From assembly GCA_040954595.2 (NCBI GenBank), contig CM082587.2:4792093-4856092 (forward strand): a stretch of 64,000 bases of DNA. The letters are read 5' to 3'. The notes beneath the pieces were generated by a model, which was not told where the DNA came from, did no database searches, and was given only the letters and a program-made list of their open reading frames with translations. Shown here one piece after another: positions 29,736-43,500 of this stretch. This stretch comes from Balanoglossus misakiensis (taxonomy: Eukaryota; Animalia; Hemichordata). Position numbers and translations under genes: made by a program. Within the stretch, counting starts at the first letter, position 1; every line of letters starts with the position of its first letter.

Positions 29736-32377
29736 ATGAATTTTCTCCCGGCGCGTTTAAAGTCTGTTGCACCCTCTTGCGCCGAGGACCTGCAGCTGCA
29801 GCAGTTGGGTCTGGACTCGAAAATAGGAAGTGCGATCTTCTTCAAGCTCCAAAATTGCATCGACGCGTTCTTCAGCGGGAGACTCTCGCACTGCCTGCAG
29901 CTGACCGAGCAGATCCTCTCGTATACTTGGGAGAGGCTGAATACGGGTCACTGGAAGGATGTTGACATCGCGTGGAGGCGAGTGTATTCGGTGGCATCGC
30001 TTCTGAAATCGCTGTCACTTTGCGATGAGTTGACGGGCGGAGGAGATGGTCGTCATGGTGACTACACGGTAAGGTAAACGACAAGATGTCTCCACGGAAA
30101 CCTTTTTACATGGGACATTCCATTATAAGGAAGGGATTATACAGGGGGGGGGGGGGCTTCCACGGAAACCTCTTTACAAGGGTCATTCCATTATGGGGAA
30201 GGGAGTATCCAAATTGTCGGGGGGGGGGGGGGGGCTTGAACGTCGGATTTGATTATGCATTTATTATCAACACTATCACGCAGCAGAAATCATTAATGAA
30301 CATGTTCTGACTAACTCAGAGAGAGAGAGAGAGGATTGAAAAATAACCATCAATACTTTCAATCCCTCAGGAGGCGATCAAAACCTGTGATATGGGGTTA
30401 TTGATGGGAGCACCCATACTGGATAATATTCTTAGTCGCCTGGCAACAGCCATCCAAGGTCAGCAAGAAGAATTGCTTAACAGTAAGAGAAAAGAACGAC
30501 ATAGTCAAGCAACAGAGGAGGTGAAGAGAAGGAAAGTGGATGATCATACCCCGAACATCGACGAACACAGAAAAATAGTTCACGCTGTGTACCCATCTCT
30601 GGAGTGTTTCCTATCAGACTACATGCAGACCAAGACACCAGTTGTTATTCAAAGGGGGATGGAGCACTGGCCAGCTATGACCAGCAGACGATGGAGGTGA
30701 GGGATTCCCTCTGTGTTTTCTCTCCGTAATTTTTCTACTTGGACCAGTTTATGACCTGGAATGTTGGCTATTGCAATGCTCAGACTTATACCTCTTGGTT
30801 CCATTTTCCCCCAACAGTATCGACTATCTCCATCAAATTGCCGGCAGCAGAACTGTCCCCATAGAGATCGGTGCCAGGTACACGGATGAAGGCTGGTCTC
30901 AAGCACTCATGACTGTGTCTCAGTTTATTGATAAATACATCAACTATGAAGTGAGTGATTTATATTTTGTATAAAGAATTCATTGGTCTAAATCAACTGT
31001 ATGTTCCTCCACAGTTTATCCCAAAAGTTAGCGCTACTGTTTATTGAATTAAAAAATTGTATTGCTGTAATTTCAGAAAGGTGATGGTGATGACGTTGGA
31101 TACTTGGCTCAGCATCAGTTGTTTGACCAGGTGAGTGAGATTAGAACAGAAGTCGGGATTGTAGATATAAATTAAGTACACACACAGACCGAGCAGTGAT
31201 GGTATATTATGGAGAGTTATGTACTTGTAGGCCCTGGGAATGTTCAAAGCCTTCTGGCCATAGCAGCTTTTAATTGTCAATCACATGTATTTCTCAGATT
31301 CCCGAATTGAAAAAGGACATCTGCATCCCTGACTACTGTTGCCTTGGCAACGATGATGAGGATGTTGACATCAATGCTTGGTTCGGCCCCAGAGGGACGG
31401 TGTCCCCTCTCCACCAAGACCCCAAGCACAACTGCCTGGCCCAAGTCGTCGGCAGCAAATACATCCGGCTGTACTCAGAAGACGACAGTGCCATGGTTTA
31501 CCCGCACGAGGGACATCTCTTGAACAATACTAGTCAGGTAAGCGTGGGGTATTTGTTCCTTGCCTGTGTGTGTATGTGTGTCACTATTTAGCTAGTGTAT
31601 CATCACAGGCAGATTCTTGTTCTGTGAACCAAAGTGACGGTGAGTGCAGGCAGTGTGAAATGCGCCCTCACAGGACTGAAGAATCGGCTTTTCATAGTCT
31701 CCCTTTCGGTCAAATCCACTGACCATGTTGATGGAACACAAGCTCAAGGTTCCACAGTTATTTGTTCTCCGAGAAAAGCCTGGAATTTGAACCACTGCTG
31801 TGAAGCCCTTGAGAGGTGTGGGAAAATGAAACACTCTCCCGGAACATCCTGGACTTGTTGATTTAGTCCCTGGAAAAAGTCCCTGTCAAGTCCTTGAATA
31901 ACTGTGCGGACTGAAATCCAAGTTCAAATTCATGGAAGGGTGTAACCAAACAATAACTTTCAGCCTTGTGCGATAGATTTAGCACATTAGTCAACAAGCA
32001 TTGCAAAGTAGCTATAAATAAAGTCACTCAGTCATATTTTTTGTTTTATGACGGGTATCTCAATTCAGAGGTCACCACGTATTCTTATTCTGTGTCAGAT
32101 CCTTAAATGCCACAGGCCTGACAATGTAAACAGACGAATACATATATAGCTGCTAAATTTGGCCGGCATATTTAATAAACACAGCGCATCTCTTTTATTG
32201 CAGGTCGACGTCGAAAATCCGGACTTGGAAAAATTCCCACGATTTGCCCAAGCTCCATATGGAGAATGTATTCTGAGACCAGGAGAGATTCTCTACATTC
32301 CTCCAAAGTGTTGGCACTATGTGAGATCCTTAGAAGTAAGTTTTTCTGTCAGTTTCTGGTGGAATTCGAGCCTGTGA
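29736..32377 (+). CDS. KDM8: JmjC-domain protein 5 (JMJD5/KDM8; arginyl hydroxylase), 6 exons
   Basis: Exons 29736-30068, 30371-30696, 30818-30950, 31077-31130, 31298-31537 and 32204-32377. Motifs: [72 protein letters not shown] (HxD) and [17 protein letters not shown]. Confidence 0.95.
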
Positions 32378-35300
32378 CGGTGCAAAGGGCGCCCTCTGCA
32401 GGGCATCCGGCAGTTGGGGACTGGCATTCCCAGATTGGGAGAGATGATGACGGACATCTCGGTAACACATGGCGTGAAGCTGGGTTTGGATCCTGATCAG
32501 ATAAACCACATTTGTGGTTTCCAGAAAGCAATGAACCTGGACATTTGTGTCAGTTAGTAAGGAATGTCCGTTCCCCCCAAAAAATGTGGGATCATAAATT
32601 GAACCTGATGTCTGCCCGGCTCTTGTTTATCCCGAGGTGGCAGATCTGATCAGATAAGGAATCTGGTACAATGTGCAGAGTGTGAGAACAAGTTATTCTG
32701 AAATGGACCACATCAAAACTCAGTTGTCTCAGCTGTGGCACCAATAGGATGTCAGGCTGAATCAAACTCTCGGGAAATCATTTATCGATGAAGAGATAAC
32801 CTTCTGATTCGTCATCTTGAATGAAGCTGATGAATTCAGACCTTCCACCCCTTTTACACAAGGTGTGCGTCATTGGGACGAGCTACACAGAGGGCCATGA
32901 ACTCGTGATATTTATATGCTTGTTCGGAAGTTGACTGCCAAGGGCCACCAAGAGAGATATATCACCACTTTGCTTGGGTTTCAATGGCAACTGTGCCAGC
33001 CTGTCAGTTATCAAGTGATTCAGGAAGGAAATGACTCGAAGGGAGAGCTATTTGTTCCCGATGATGGAATGCTCCAATTCTGGAAATGCTCCACTTCGAT
33101 GATGATCCCCGCAGATTTTACGACTCCGTAATAGCGAAGCCCTGTTTGACAGAAAACGTGTAATTAACACAAATTTGGGACATCGCTACTGTTCAACAAC
33201 ACATCCCCTTTTGGGCTTTTATTGACTGTCAGCTTCGCTCTATTATAAACTGACAATTAAGAGATTTACAAGTCAGCAGTCGGGCCTACCGCAGATGATG
33301 AGCGACACGGTCTACTTATGAGCTCGTAGGGCCAAGACATCACCATTCACTGGTGTTGTCTGCGTCATGATCGCGGTTTTTGTTTGTTTTTCTTGAAGAA
33401 TTTACAGCAATACTTTTGTTTTGGACATTTGGCACGTATTGTTGCCAGAAAAAAATCCCATCTTATAAATGATACAAACAGACAGGCAGGCAGGTGATAC
33501 GTACGCAAACGAAGTCTCTGCCAGAAATGGATTTTTGGAAAGATTATCGTTTTGCCCTCCACGGATTGGGTTACATTTGCCAAAGGGTGTTTTTTTATAT
33601 CACCACTCACATTTTTTACCGTAAAAGTGTCTCTCAAGATTTTACAAATAATAAATTGGGATGTTTCATTGGGTCACCCGGGTCATAGGTTGTGACATTG
33701 CTGTGGTGGGGGATGGGACCAGACAACTCGTTATCTGATTTATTGGGCCCGAGGTTGGCGTGACGTCAGGTATAAACATTTGCATAACTGGTACATGTAT
33801 ATAATTGATTGCCCGTGACATCTTGTGAAAGTCTCTTGCGCACACGGGTCATCCACTGGCAAGCGCAGGCAAACGAACCGAATTAATTTAATTAAACCAG
33901 GTCATGATGAGTTATTAGTACCGTTGTTCGAGAAGTCGCATACTGGGCGATTTTGTTTTTGGCCTGAAAGCGCCCTCTGTAGGTCCATATCGACCAGCAG
34001 GCAGTAGCGGAGATGATGAATTATAGCCAGTAGTGTGTGTTATCACTCGTAATTTTTACGATTATGGTCAGAGTGTCTTGGAAGTATCCTGTTGAATGTC
34101 CTTGACCTGTAAGTGTTTGGTATTGACCCTGATATTTACAAGCAGTGCGTTAGTTGTTCTGGAAGTATAAGTTAGTCTCTGACAAGAATGTTGTACTTTT
34201 TGAAACTTTTTGTGATCACATCACACATGATGCATCAAACTGACGTCGCCGCACAATGAGTTGTGCACAGCAGTGTAAATCGATTCCTGAGCAGTTTTGA
34301 TATTTCAATCAAATGCCCGCATTGGGATAATTTTCTTCGAACAACGTTGTGTTGAAATCATAGATATCAGCTAGTAGACTGCCCGGCCAGACATAGTACA
34401 ACACGGTGTAGATTAGAAGCAGCAGGCTCTCAGATGTATTATTTTCTAGGTCAGTGGACAAGTTTTGGATTACATGTAAAACTGTAATTTCCATACACTA
34501 ATCGCCATAACTTTTACATTAACATTCGGTGTGATTGTTTCCCCCGTGATCAGAACGTTCACCCCAGTGTGTACGGGTTCAAAGCACTTTTTACTGCAGA
34601 CGATAGCCAAGGTGTTGACCAGATCTGGGAACAACGATCATTTCTGCTGTTACATGTAGTTCTATTCAAAATAATGCGACAGGTCGACACAAACGTTGGT
34701 CTGTTCCGCCAGGCCAACTTCGCAATACCGAACCCCGTTTGCGTTACACTACGCGAAGAACAAAATAACCTTATTTGTTTTTGACATGTAGTATACATAT
34801 GTAGTTCCCCATGTGTTTGAAAACATTCGTCAATTTTTGTAAACATGTCGACCCACTTTCATCAGACCCACTTCTCAGATTGATGTTAAGTTAGGCTGAC
34901 ATTTTCGTCTCCGTCAAATGCGATAAATGGTGCAATTTTCACACCCAACTTTCACTGGCCGAGTCAAAAGTGGATACTAGTAGTTATTGTTCCAGGAATG
35001 AAACGTGTGAGGTCCAGGTGATAATTTACCCTTCGCTAATTAATTCAGTTTCTTGCCATCAAACTCGCAACCCGCTGCCAAGTCCTTAGCGCCAACTTAG
35101 GCATATTCGGGGCACGCATGTTTCTCCGCAGACATCACTGTGACCATATGCTCAGTTATCGCCTATAGTAATATTTATCCTGGAAGAATGTTTACAACAG
35201 GGTGGAATCGCCAAGATCGTGTTTCTTCCACCCGACCGCGTTTTTGAGGTGAAATTATAATTCATGCATGCGCTGTGAATTCCGGAGAAAAGCTTGCATG

Positions 35301-36610
35301 TTTTTTGTGCACGTCGGTCTTAATTACGCGTGTGTGATGCTTGGATTGGGACAATTGCGCGAGTCCTGCACATGCCAAAGGTGGAGTGCAGAATCAATGA
35401 GTATATACGTGTCGTGGATTGTACATTTAGATAAATTACAGGCACACACAGGCACGGGTGCATATGCAACGGCCTCCCATTAATTTATGACGATTTAAAA
35501 CGTCCCGAGGAAAATATACGTCGTCAACCACCGCCGCCGAAAAGACCAAAAAGGTCTGCCGATATAACCGTTCGTTTAACTGCAAACTAACAAATCTAAG
35601 CGCGGTGCCAACAACGCCCTGTCTCTTTAACGTCAAAAATACAGGTGATAGGCTTTTCAACGCCACCAAACTGTGTTCGGTGTTTATTTACTCAGTACAC
35701 TGATTGCATTGCAACGCCACACACTCTCAACAAATTGGGCAATAAGAAAAGCAGAGGGCAGATAATAAAAACGGGGATTTGACAGAAATTGCCTGATCCT
35801 TCCATCCCTGCATGCGATCATACCATATTACGCTGTAAACTTGTTTGACGTGTGGCTTCAAAGTCTACTTTATCCCTCCTTCCCCACTATACGAACAAGT
35901 AAAGTTGAACTCCTTTCAACATGATCTGCCTAAAGTAGTATACGCCACGTCTCTGTGTGTCTGTATCTGTTTCTGTCTATCTATCTCTCTCTCTGTCACT
36001 CTGCCCATCTCTCTCTGTATGTCTCTCTCTGTCTCTCTGTGTCTCTCAGCAACTACATGTATACCCGGCTTTTTCTTAAACACCATTATTTTTAAATTAT
36101 CAAACAAATTCGCGTTTTATCTTAATTTACTAAAGTGCAACTGTGAGAGATGTATTTTCCGTTAGCTTGAGAAATACCCCGAACTCATCTGATTACAAGA
36201 CGCTCTAGGAATAGATTAAACTGTCACCTTAAAAGGGGGCTGGGTGCTATGAATGCTGAACACGTACCACCACACAGGAAATACAACCACGCAAGTAACA
36301 GGCTAGGCACTTGTTTTGATATCTGAAAGTATCTCGTTGTCGGCTACGTCTCCCTGATATCTGTGGCTGAAACCTAACCTGGAACATGCCACCATACTCG
36401 GTACGGTCTAACGCCAACTGAATGAGCTCTCTAAAAGTGATCTGTGCGCGGTGCCAGTATATGCACCGAGGTGACATGCACGGTTCGCGTTTGAAATAAG
36501 TGAGGATGCCTCGAGTGTCGCCGGTATTACCGAGAAATATTTACACGCTCTTACTTTACTAATTAACATCGTGTCTGTCTTTCTCTCTCTCGTTATCTCT
36601 CTGTCTCTCC

Positions 36611-36715
<105 letters not shown>

Positions 36716-39700
36716 AAGCATATCATTTAGCGTGTATGCCGATTCTATTCAATACACATATTTGAGGTCATGATTGACAGAGCGTTTCAAAATATTTGCT
36801 TATTTAATCGCAAGGCTACTGTATGTTGAATTGGCAGAACCGTTTGGCATTGGGTGCAATAAATATGGGCTAATTAGAGAAAAGTTAATACTGTTTTCCG
36901 TGGTGTCTGTTCATGGGAACGGAATGCTGAGCAGAGAGACACGCGGTTTGATCAAAATGAACCCGCAAACCCCGGCGTCGCTCTCGCTGCCTCCCCTGCC
37001 CTTGTCGGTGAACATGTAGACAAAACAAACCGTTCCCCCTCCTCGCAAATTCTTCTTTTTATCGCGGGAGCGGGTTTAATTGATGACACCTGGTTTCTGT
37101 ACCGTTTGAGTGTGACAAACGACGACCAGGCATGTTTCGCTCCTCGGCTGACACTGAAATAAAACAGCGAGTCGGTATAAGGAGGACAGAGAACGGCGGC
37201 TGGATTCACACACATTCTCCTCTTAACTTCTCTCCCTATTTTCTCTAAACTTTCCCACCGCGGTATATATACATGTACGACGCGTAGAAAAGCTTTTAGG
37301 GCGCTCCAAGTCACAAACATGGCCATACAACAATTTATGTCATCCACGCGAGGTGAATACAGAATTCGAAAGCATATCGCCGTGGATGCCCGGAAGCGGG
37401 CACTTTTAATGAACTGTTTCTAACAACCTCGATATTTTTTATGAACTGTACTATCATTCACTTGAGAAAACAAATAACCCGTTCCAAACTAGCACAGCGT
37501 AGTCTTCGTGATATATCGTTGCTTCAGCGGTTAAAGATCGACTTCATCCTCACTTTCAATGATTTCTGATTCTGTTAAATGGAAAATTTGAAGAACCTTT
37601 CGAACGCGGTGAACTCGCGGTACTGCGGCCCCGTGAATCCGACCAAACATGAATTTGTTTTCTTCAAACGTCTTGTTATCTTTCGCTAGATTTACTTCAC
37701 TGTCTGGTAGGAGGCATCGCTCTGCCAGGACACTGTATCCCAGTTTATTGTGACAGGTAATAAAAGTCACATAAAGGGACGATTTCTCATCCGGGCAGAT
37801 GTGGCCACGGACAATGAAACGCCAATCAACACGTGGTCTTCCGATACCAAGGCCAATAGAACGACATTCGTTGCTCAGTCCATGACCTTTGGGGGCAGAG
37901 AACATTTACATCTTCGTCGATTTCTCACTACTCGTCGTAATTTCACGCAAACCACATACACTATGTACTTTTTTACTCTATTGGGGTAGAACATAATAAA
38001 ACTGCGGCGTCAGACTTTTAAACCGACATAATTTCGAAGGTAGCCTGTAAAAACTGATTGCCTTTTATTTGTGGGGGAATTGTTTCGTTTACTAAAAAAT
38101 CGTTTTATTGGGTTGTGGCAAGCAGGTCCAGCTGAGTGGTAACCATGTAAACTGATACCCGCTGAAGCAAAAATATCCCCCTCTCCCTGGCCATCCTCGC
38201 TTATACCCTCCTCATCAATGTGACATCCGGGTCCGGTCACATAGCAAGCTCGCTGGCCCAGGCATAAACTGGAGAGGACACCGTACCTGGCATAGACCAA
38301 GATTTCATCAAAACTCTCCATTCTCCCTCGAGTGAAAAAAGAGAGGAATCGCCGCAGACGAATTTCCGCCAGCCATACTCCATCAACCGACCGAATGCTC
38401 GACTGTAACTCTTCAGCCGGCAGTAAAACAGTACATTTCAATAACACAATGCAATAATATGAAAACGCGATACCTAGTACCTTGGGGTACGGTCCGTCGA
38501 TTAATCATGTCCACCACTTCAACTTTGCGCGTCCCCATTCTTGTCTTCACACTTCACCATGTGCGAATTTGAGCGCGTTGACGGACCGGCCTTCGCTCTG
38601 AAAACATTTCGCTGATGATGAATGTCCGAATAATTGCGAGGAAAGCATCCATTCGTCTTCGCCCTTCTGTTTCACGTACAGCCGACAGCTCACCCGACGC
38701 AAAGTGCTCGTTGATATAAAGGCCGTGCACTTTTCCGTTTCAACACATAAATATAAACATAACTGTGATTGTACATGTACCACAAATCAATTATTACACG
38801 TTTTTTTGTGCTGTAGTGTATGTCTGTCTGTCTGTCTGCATGTATGTGTCTGTATTGTGTGTGTGTATGTATTGTGTATGTATCTTGTATATGTATTGTA
38901 TGTGCACGTTTGTGTACTCTGTGTTTGTATATTGTATGCATGTATGTATGAAATCATGCATCTATAGCTTGCTGTCTAGTTATTTGCTATAGCTTTATAT
39001 TGAAAGTGACAGAAGAATATTCAATTGTCCGAATCATACCTGTATGCATGGGGCAGGGGAGGTGTACCAATCTTTAAAATGAGAGATCAGTTGTTCATCG
39101 TCTCTACAAGTACATGTGTAACATTTTAACCCCATCGATTGAGATGTCATCGAACATGAAAACATGGTTATCGAATGTCACAGCCCCGACACAAGAAAAC
39201 ATGTTACAATATCGACCTTTCGCGATGTTTACACTTTCCTCGATCGCGCCACATGGTGTCTGTACTGTCACACACGGCTAATTTTACAAAATTCAGTCTA
39301 ATTAGATGTTAAGCATGGGAACTGCTTGTAGACACACAGTTCGCATACCTACCAGCTTCGATGAGGAGGTAAAGTGGAAATCAATCGAGTGGAAACACCT
39401 TTTTGGACAAATGCCCAACTTCTCACCCACGGGGACTGCGGGACAAAAACGTGATATTGATAACTGTTGTTGTTCTGTTCGAAACTTGTCTTAACTCCAA
39501 TTTTATCATTCTGTCTGCTTTACTACCGGGAAACGTGGTTTTCATTTATCACAATTTCATTCCTTGCTCCATAGGCTTCGTCAAATGTTGAACATCATAG
39601 TAGTATTTGTTGTTATTATTTATTTATTTATTGAAAATGTACTGTTCCATATCATTGTCACAAATGCATTACCAATGTACTGCTGAAAATGTTGAAATCA

Positions 39701-39737
39701 GCTGATTGTGACAATTTCAAATGTAAAACTTCTGGTA

Positions 39738-39764
39738 GATGATGATGATAACTCAGATGATGAC

Positions 39765-39806
<42 letters not shown>

Positions 39807-39818
39807 GAAGATGATGAT
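39738..39818 (+). repeat. (GAT)n microsatellite
   Basis: Directly visible; it explains the poly-Met and poly-His ORFs in the track. Confidence 0.95.
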
Positions 39819-40499
39819 ACACACCCACCAACTTCCATTGCCAAATGACGTGTCCCGTCCGCGCCCAACTCCCAACCACCATACCAGATTTCTACACACC
39901 GCGCATTCTGTTTTAACTTAACGCACGTACGCCCGCGATCACTCTCTCATTTAGCCGGGGTACCGATAGAATTTGGACCGTTTATCGGACCACCTAGGGA
40001 GATCGCGCCCGTGCCTGGCTCACCGCAATCGGATGCACACAAGCCCCCGCCCGCATTCATGGTGTTTAAAAAACTCCGTCAGGAAATCGTTCCAGTCCGG
40101 TTTCCGTCACTTGTAACACATTCTGCTACCGCAGAGAGTTAATCAAAGCGAATCAAACTCAAACATGTGCACCGATATCTACAGATAATAAATATGTAAC
40201 GACAAACACATCGTCCATATAACACAGTTTAGTCCAAAAGAGTCGTGCTGTAAATCACCATCATAACGGAAATGCCAAACATGACGGATAATTACGACAA
40301 AAACCGTGACGAATGATCAACACAACATACCGTCAACTTGGACTTCAAAGAACACAAGCTCGGTTAACGTTTAATTTAACTACATAGCAGATCGTGTATA
40401 CATTTTCCTGCTGTGATTATCAACATTTTCTTTTTTCTACTCCCGACACCATTTTGCAAAAGCAATACCCACCACACCGCTTGTCGACCATAGACAGTA

Positions 40500-40531
40500 G
40501 ATGGATGGATGGATGGATGGATGGATGGATG
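40500..40531 (+). repeat. (GGAT)n microsatellite
   Basis: Directly visible. Confidence 0.9.
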
Positions 40532-43500
40532 TACGGACGGATGTACCTTTAGTTAGTCGGTGAAGACTTCTAAGGGAAATCTGTGTACAGACACCTTGTA
40601 GGTAAAGAGTAGGTAACACGATCTGGATCGACAGCCTGGTTGTTTGGTTGGAATTATGAGAACCAAGTCTAGTAGAAGATTTTCAAGCAAGAATTAGGGA
40701 GATTGGGAGAGTGATTGGCGGACGGGCGGCTCGATATAGATTGTATCTTGCCAACGGTCACAGTGGTTCATTGGTTCCGAAAACAACTTGTTACCCGGTT
40801 ATACGTTTTAGGTTACCCCATCCAGAAAACCTGACTTGTGAGAAGACGTGTCATTGCGTAGACTGATCTAAAATTCTTTTCATATCCAAATGCGCAGGGA
40901 AACAGGATTAAAGTTCGCAAAAAATGTACACTGACCGTGCGCATGCGGATCGTCTCCTTTGTAGGACACGGCAGGGCGTTCAACCCTGTCGTTAAACGAC
41001 AGCTGCCAGAATGATCAAAATATACGAGCTCATCAAAACACGAAATACGACAGAAAAACAAACAGTGGCTTCCAAGTGCCAATTCCAATTATGAGGCAGT
41101 GGTTTTTGCTTAGTCACTGCCAAGCGGTGTCTGTGATGGTCCGCCCCGCCGGTTGGTGTTCGCCGACAGATTGGCCAAACATCCCTCGCCCTGGTTTGGC
41201 CTTCTCGCGCACAAGGTCCCCACTGCTGCCGGGTTATTTCGGTGAAAGTCGCCGCGTGGTATCTTTCTCTTTTGAAAAGCGGTTGAAATATTCGCTTTCG
41301 TAGGACCTATCGACATGAAATTGGCTGTGATTGGTCCCAGCCTACGGGCAAGCGGCGTACGTGACGTCATCATCATCAGCCGAGGCTTCAATGCAATGCA
41401 GTGAGAGAAAGACGTCACCTGAATCACAGGTCGTCGCATTTTTGTCAACCGGGCACTGGTGTCCCGGTACCAAAGTATGTCCCTAGACAACTTTACGTCT
41501 TTCGGAGCCAGTATCTTTGAGTTATGACTGAAGCGGGCGTTTTTAAGTGCAAGAACAAGATGTCATAAAAACCATCGACTGTCCAAACCGGAGACATGAC
41601 TTTCCGTTGCAAGTTATCGTAAAAGTGGACCAGGACCATCAAATCTAAAAGTAGTGAAAGGGTCAACTATTTTATTGGGCGTTGTCTCGTCGCCTCTAAG
41701 GTGAACAGATTTCCCCTAGCAGCTTGCAACTTGTACACATTTCCCCAATCACGGCAAAATGCACATCACGTTCCGGAAATCGGGCGTTGGGTCGCAAAAA
41801 AACTGAAGCATCATAAATTATTATGTCATTAACGGCGTATTATTGCCCAGTGGGCTTGTCGTCCCCTACTTACGAGGAATAATTGAAGTCTCGTTCTGCT
41901 TTTAGAGACCGGCATTTCAGTGCAGTGATTCTCGCCACATACAATCGATGACGTCCTGGCGTAATTGATTTAACCTTTCTGTAAACGTTAACTCCGCAAT
42001 TAAGTCTCCGCTCTCTAATAACCGGGATATTAATGAACTCAACGGAGAGGTACTGACACTAAATACAACAGAAGCCCTTTTTGTGTCGGTCCCAATCTCA
42101 TCCTGCATTTAAACTGTTAAAAAAGCCAGATCCAACAAGGTTTCTGCGCTGTCCTATCTAATCGCCGCTGGCACCAGACTGGGGCGTGCACTGCGTCGGC
42201 TGGGACGTGTATTTTTTTTAAATGGCCCGACCGGGAATAACCTTTAGCATCTGAAGAGACCACGTCCGTGACGAGACTGGAGCGTAAATGTAGGCCTGTG
42301 TTACTTGGTATCATTGCGAGGAAAAAAGAATTGGCTGGTAATCTAAAAAACTGATCGATTGACCAATCGATCGATCGGCTTATTGATAGATATCTCGGTT
42401 TATGGCTACGCGAGAATAGAAGCCTGTGGCGACACCCTATAACATATATCCACTCAGATTCGGGTAATTGACAAGTTCTAGACCGGGCCTATTAGTTTCT
42501 TACTACTTTCTGATTGACAGACATCGAAAGAACTCGCAAAATGATCGGCAATGACCTACATGTCCGTGGAGAGGCAGGTCACCGACGGTTAGTATAAACA
42601 AATGATTAATTGGTTAAATTGACTGATTGTTTAACTAAGTGGTATGTTTGTTTGGACGTTGATTGCTCTTCAATTACCGTAACAAACGGGGGACACCAAG
42701 CTCGTATACAATTTTCCGCAACTAACAAGATTTTATTATGAGAGTCGAAGATACAATGACAGTATATGAATTTACACAAAATTATTGAACATAAATACAG
42801 GATAAGTTTTCTTTTCTGAAACTATACTTCTCATAACAATTTTATCCAGTGGTATACTTTGTGCATGATGGTAACCACAAGATCTTTTTTGAGCGACTGC
42901 GATCGTTTCATCCATTATGTATTTTGTAATATATCTGGCAAGAATGCATGTAAGTCGTTGACCTCACCAAACACAGTTCGTGTCCACAACGTCATGAAGA
43001 TTGTGTACATTGTCGGAGAAGGCAAATTAAAGGGCTCGTTCGTGGGTCGACTTATTGACATTGGAGAATTTTAAACATCAATGTTTTGGGAAATAGCTGA
43101 CATATTTCACTGGGAGAGGGGGGTCTGATGGGAGATTGGGTTCGTTCATGTCACTGAGGTACGTCGAGGTGTGCACGGCCCATTTTGGCCTTAAGGCCAA
43201 AAATCAAGAGGGGTTCCTTAGAAATGCCGTCCAATGTCGATTCTAAATATTGCTGACATCCCCTCTACCGTTCTTAAGGAGTGAGTTAGAGGATCCTGTC
43301 TCTCGGCTACGGTATGTGAGGGGCTTGACATGCAGGGATAGCGCAAACAAACAAACGGGATACACGATTAGCGGGAAATGTGCCAACGCGCACGATTGAC
43401 GTTGTCGAAAGTGCACCAATGGGTTCACCCCAGTCACGTTCATGTCGACCTGTCAGCTGATGGTTAGCAGTGGCGTCCCTCCAGATCTCGTTTCGCCCAA

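Noticed and set aside
32800-32845. CTGATGA within a hairpin as a hammerhead ribozyme or snoRNA
   Set aside because: I could not find a properly placed stem II-GAAA-stem III or a C/D box pair.
38165-38410. Plus-strand frame resembling a signal peptide plus KR-containing precursor (SKNIPLSLAILAYTLLINVTSG...KREESPQ...)
   Set aside because: No in-frame ATG, an internal stop and no splice support; it cannot be distinguished from chance.
38690-39921. Cys/Val/Tyr-rich, poly-Met and poly-His ORFs
   Set aside because: These are translations of TG-rich low-complexity sequence and the (GAT)n microsatellite.
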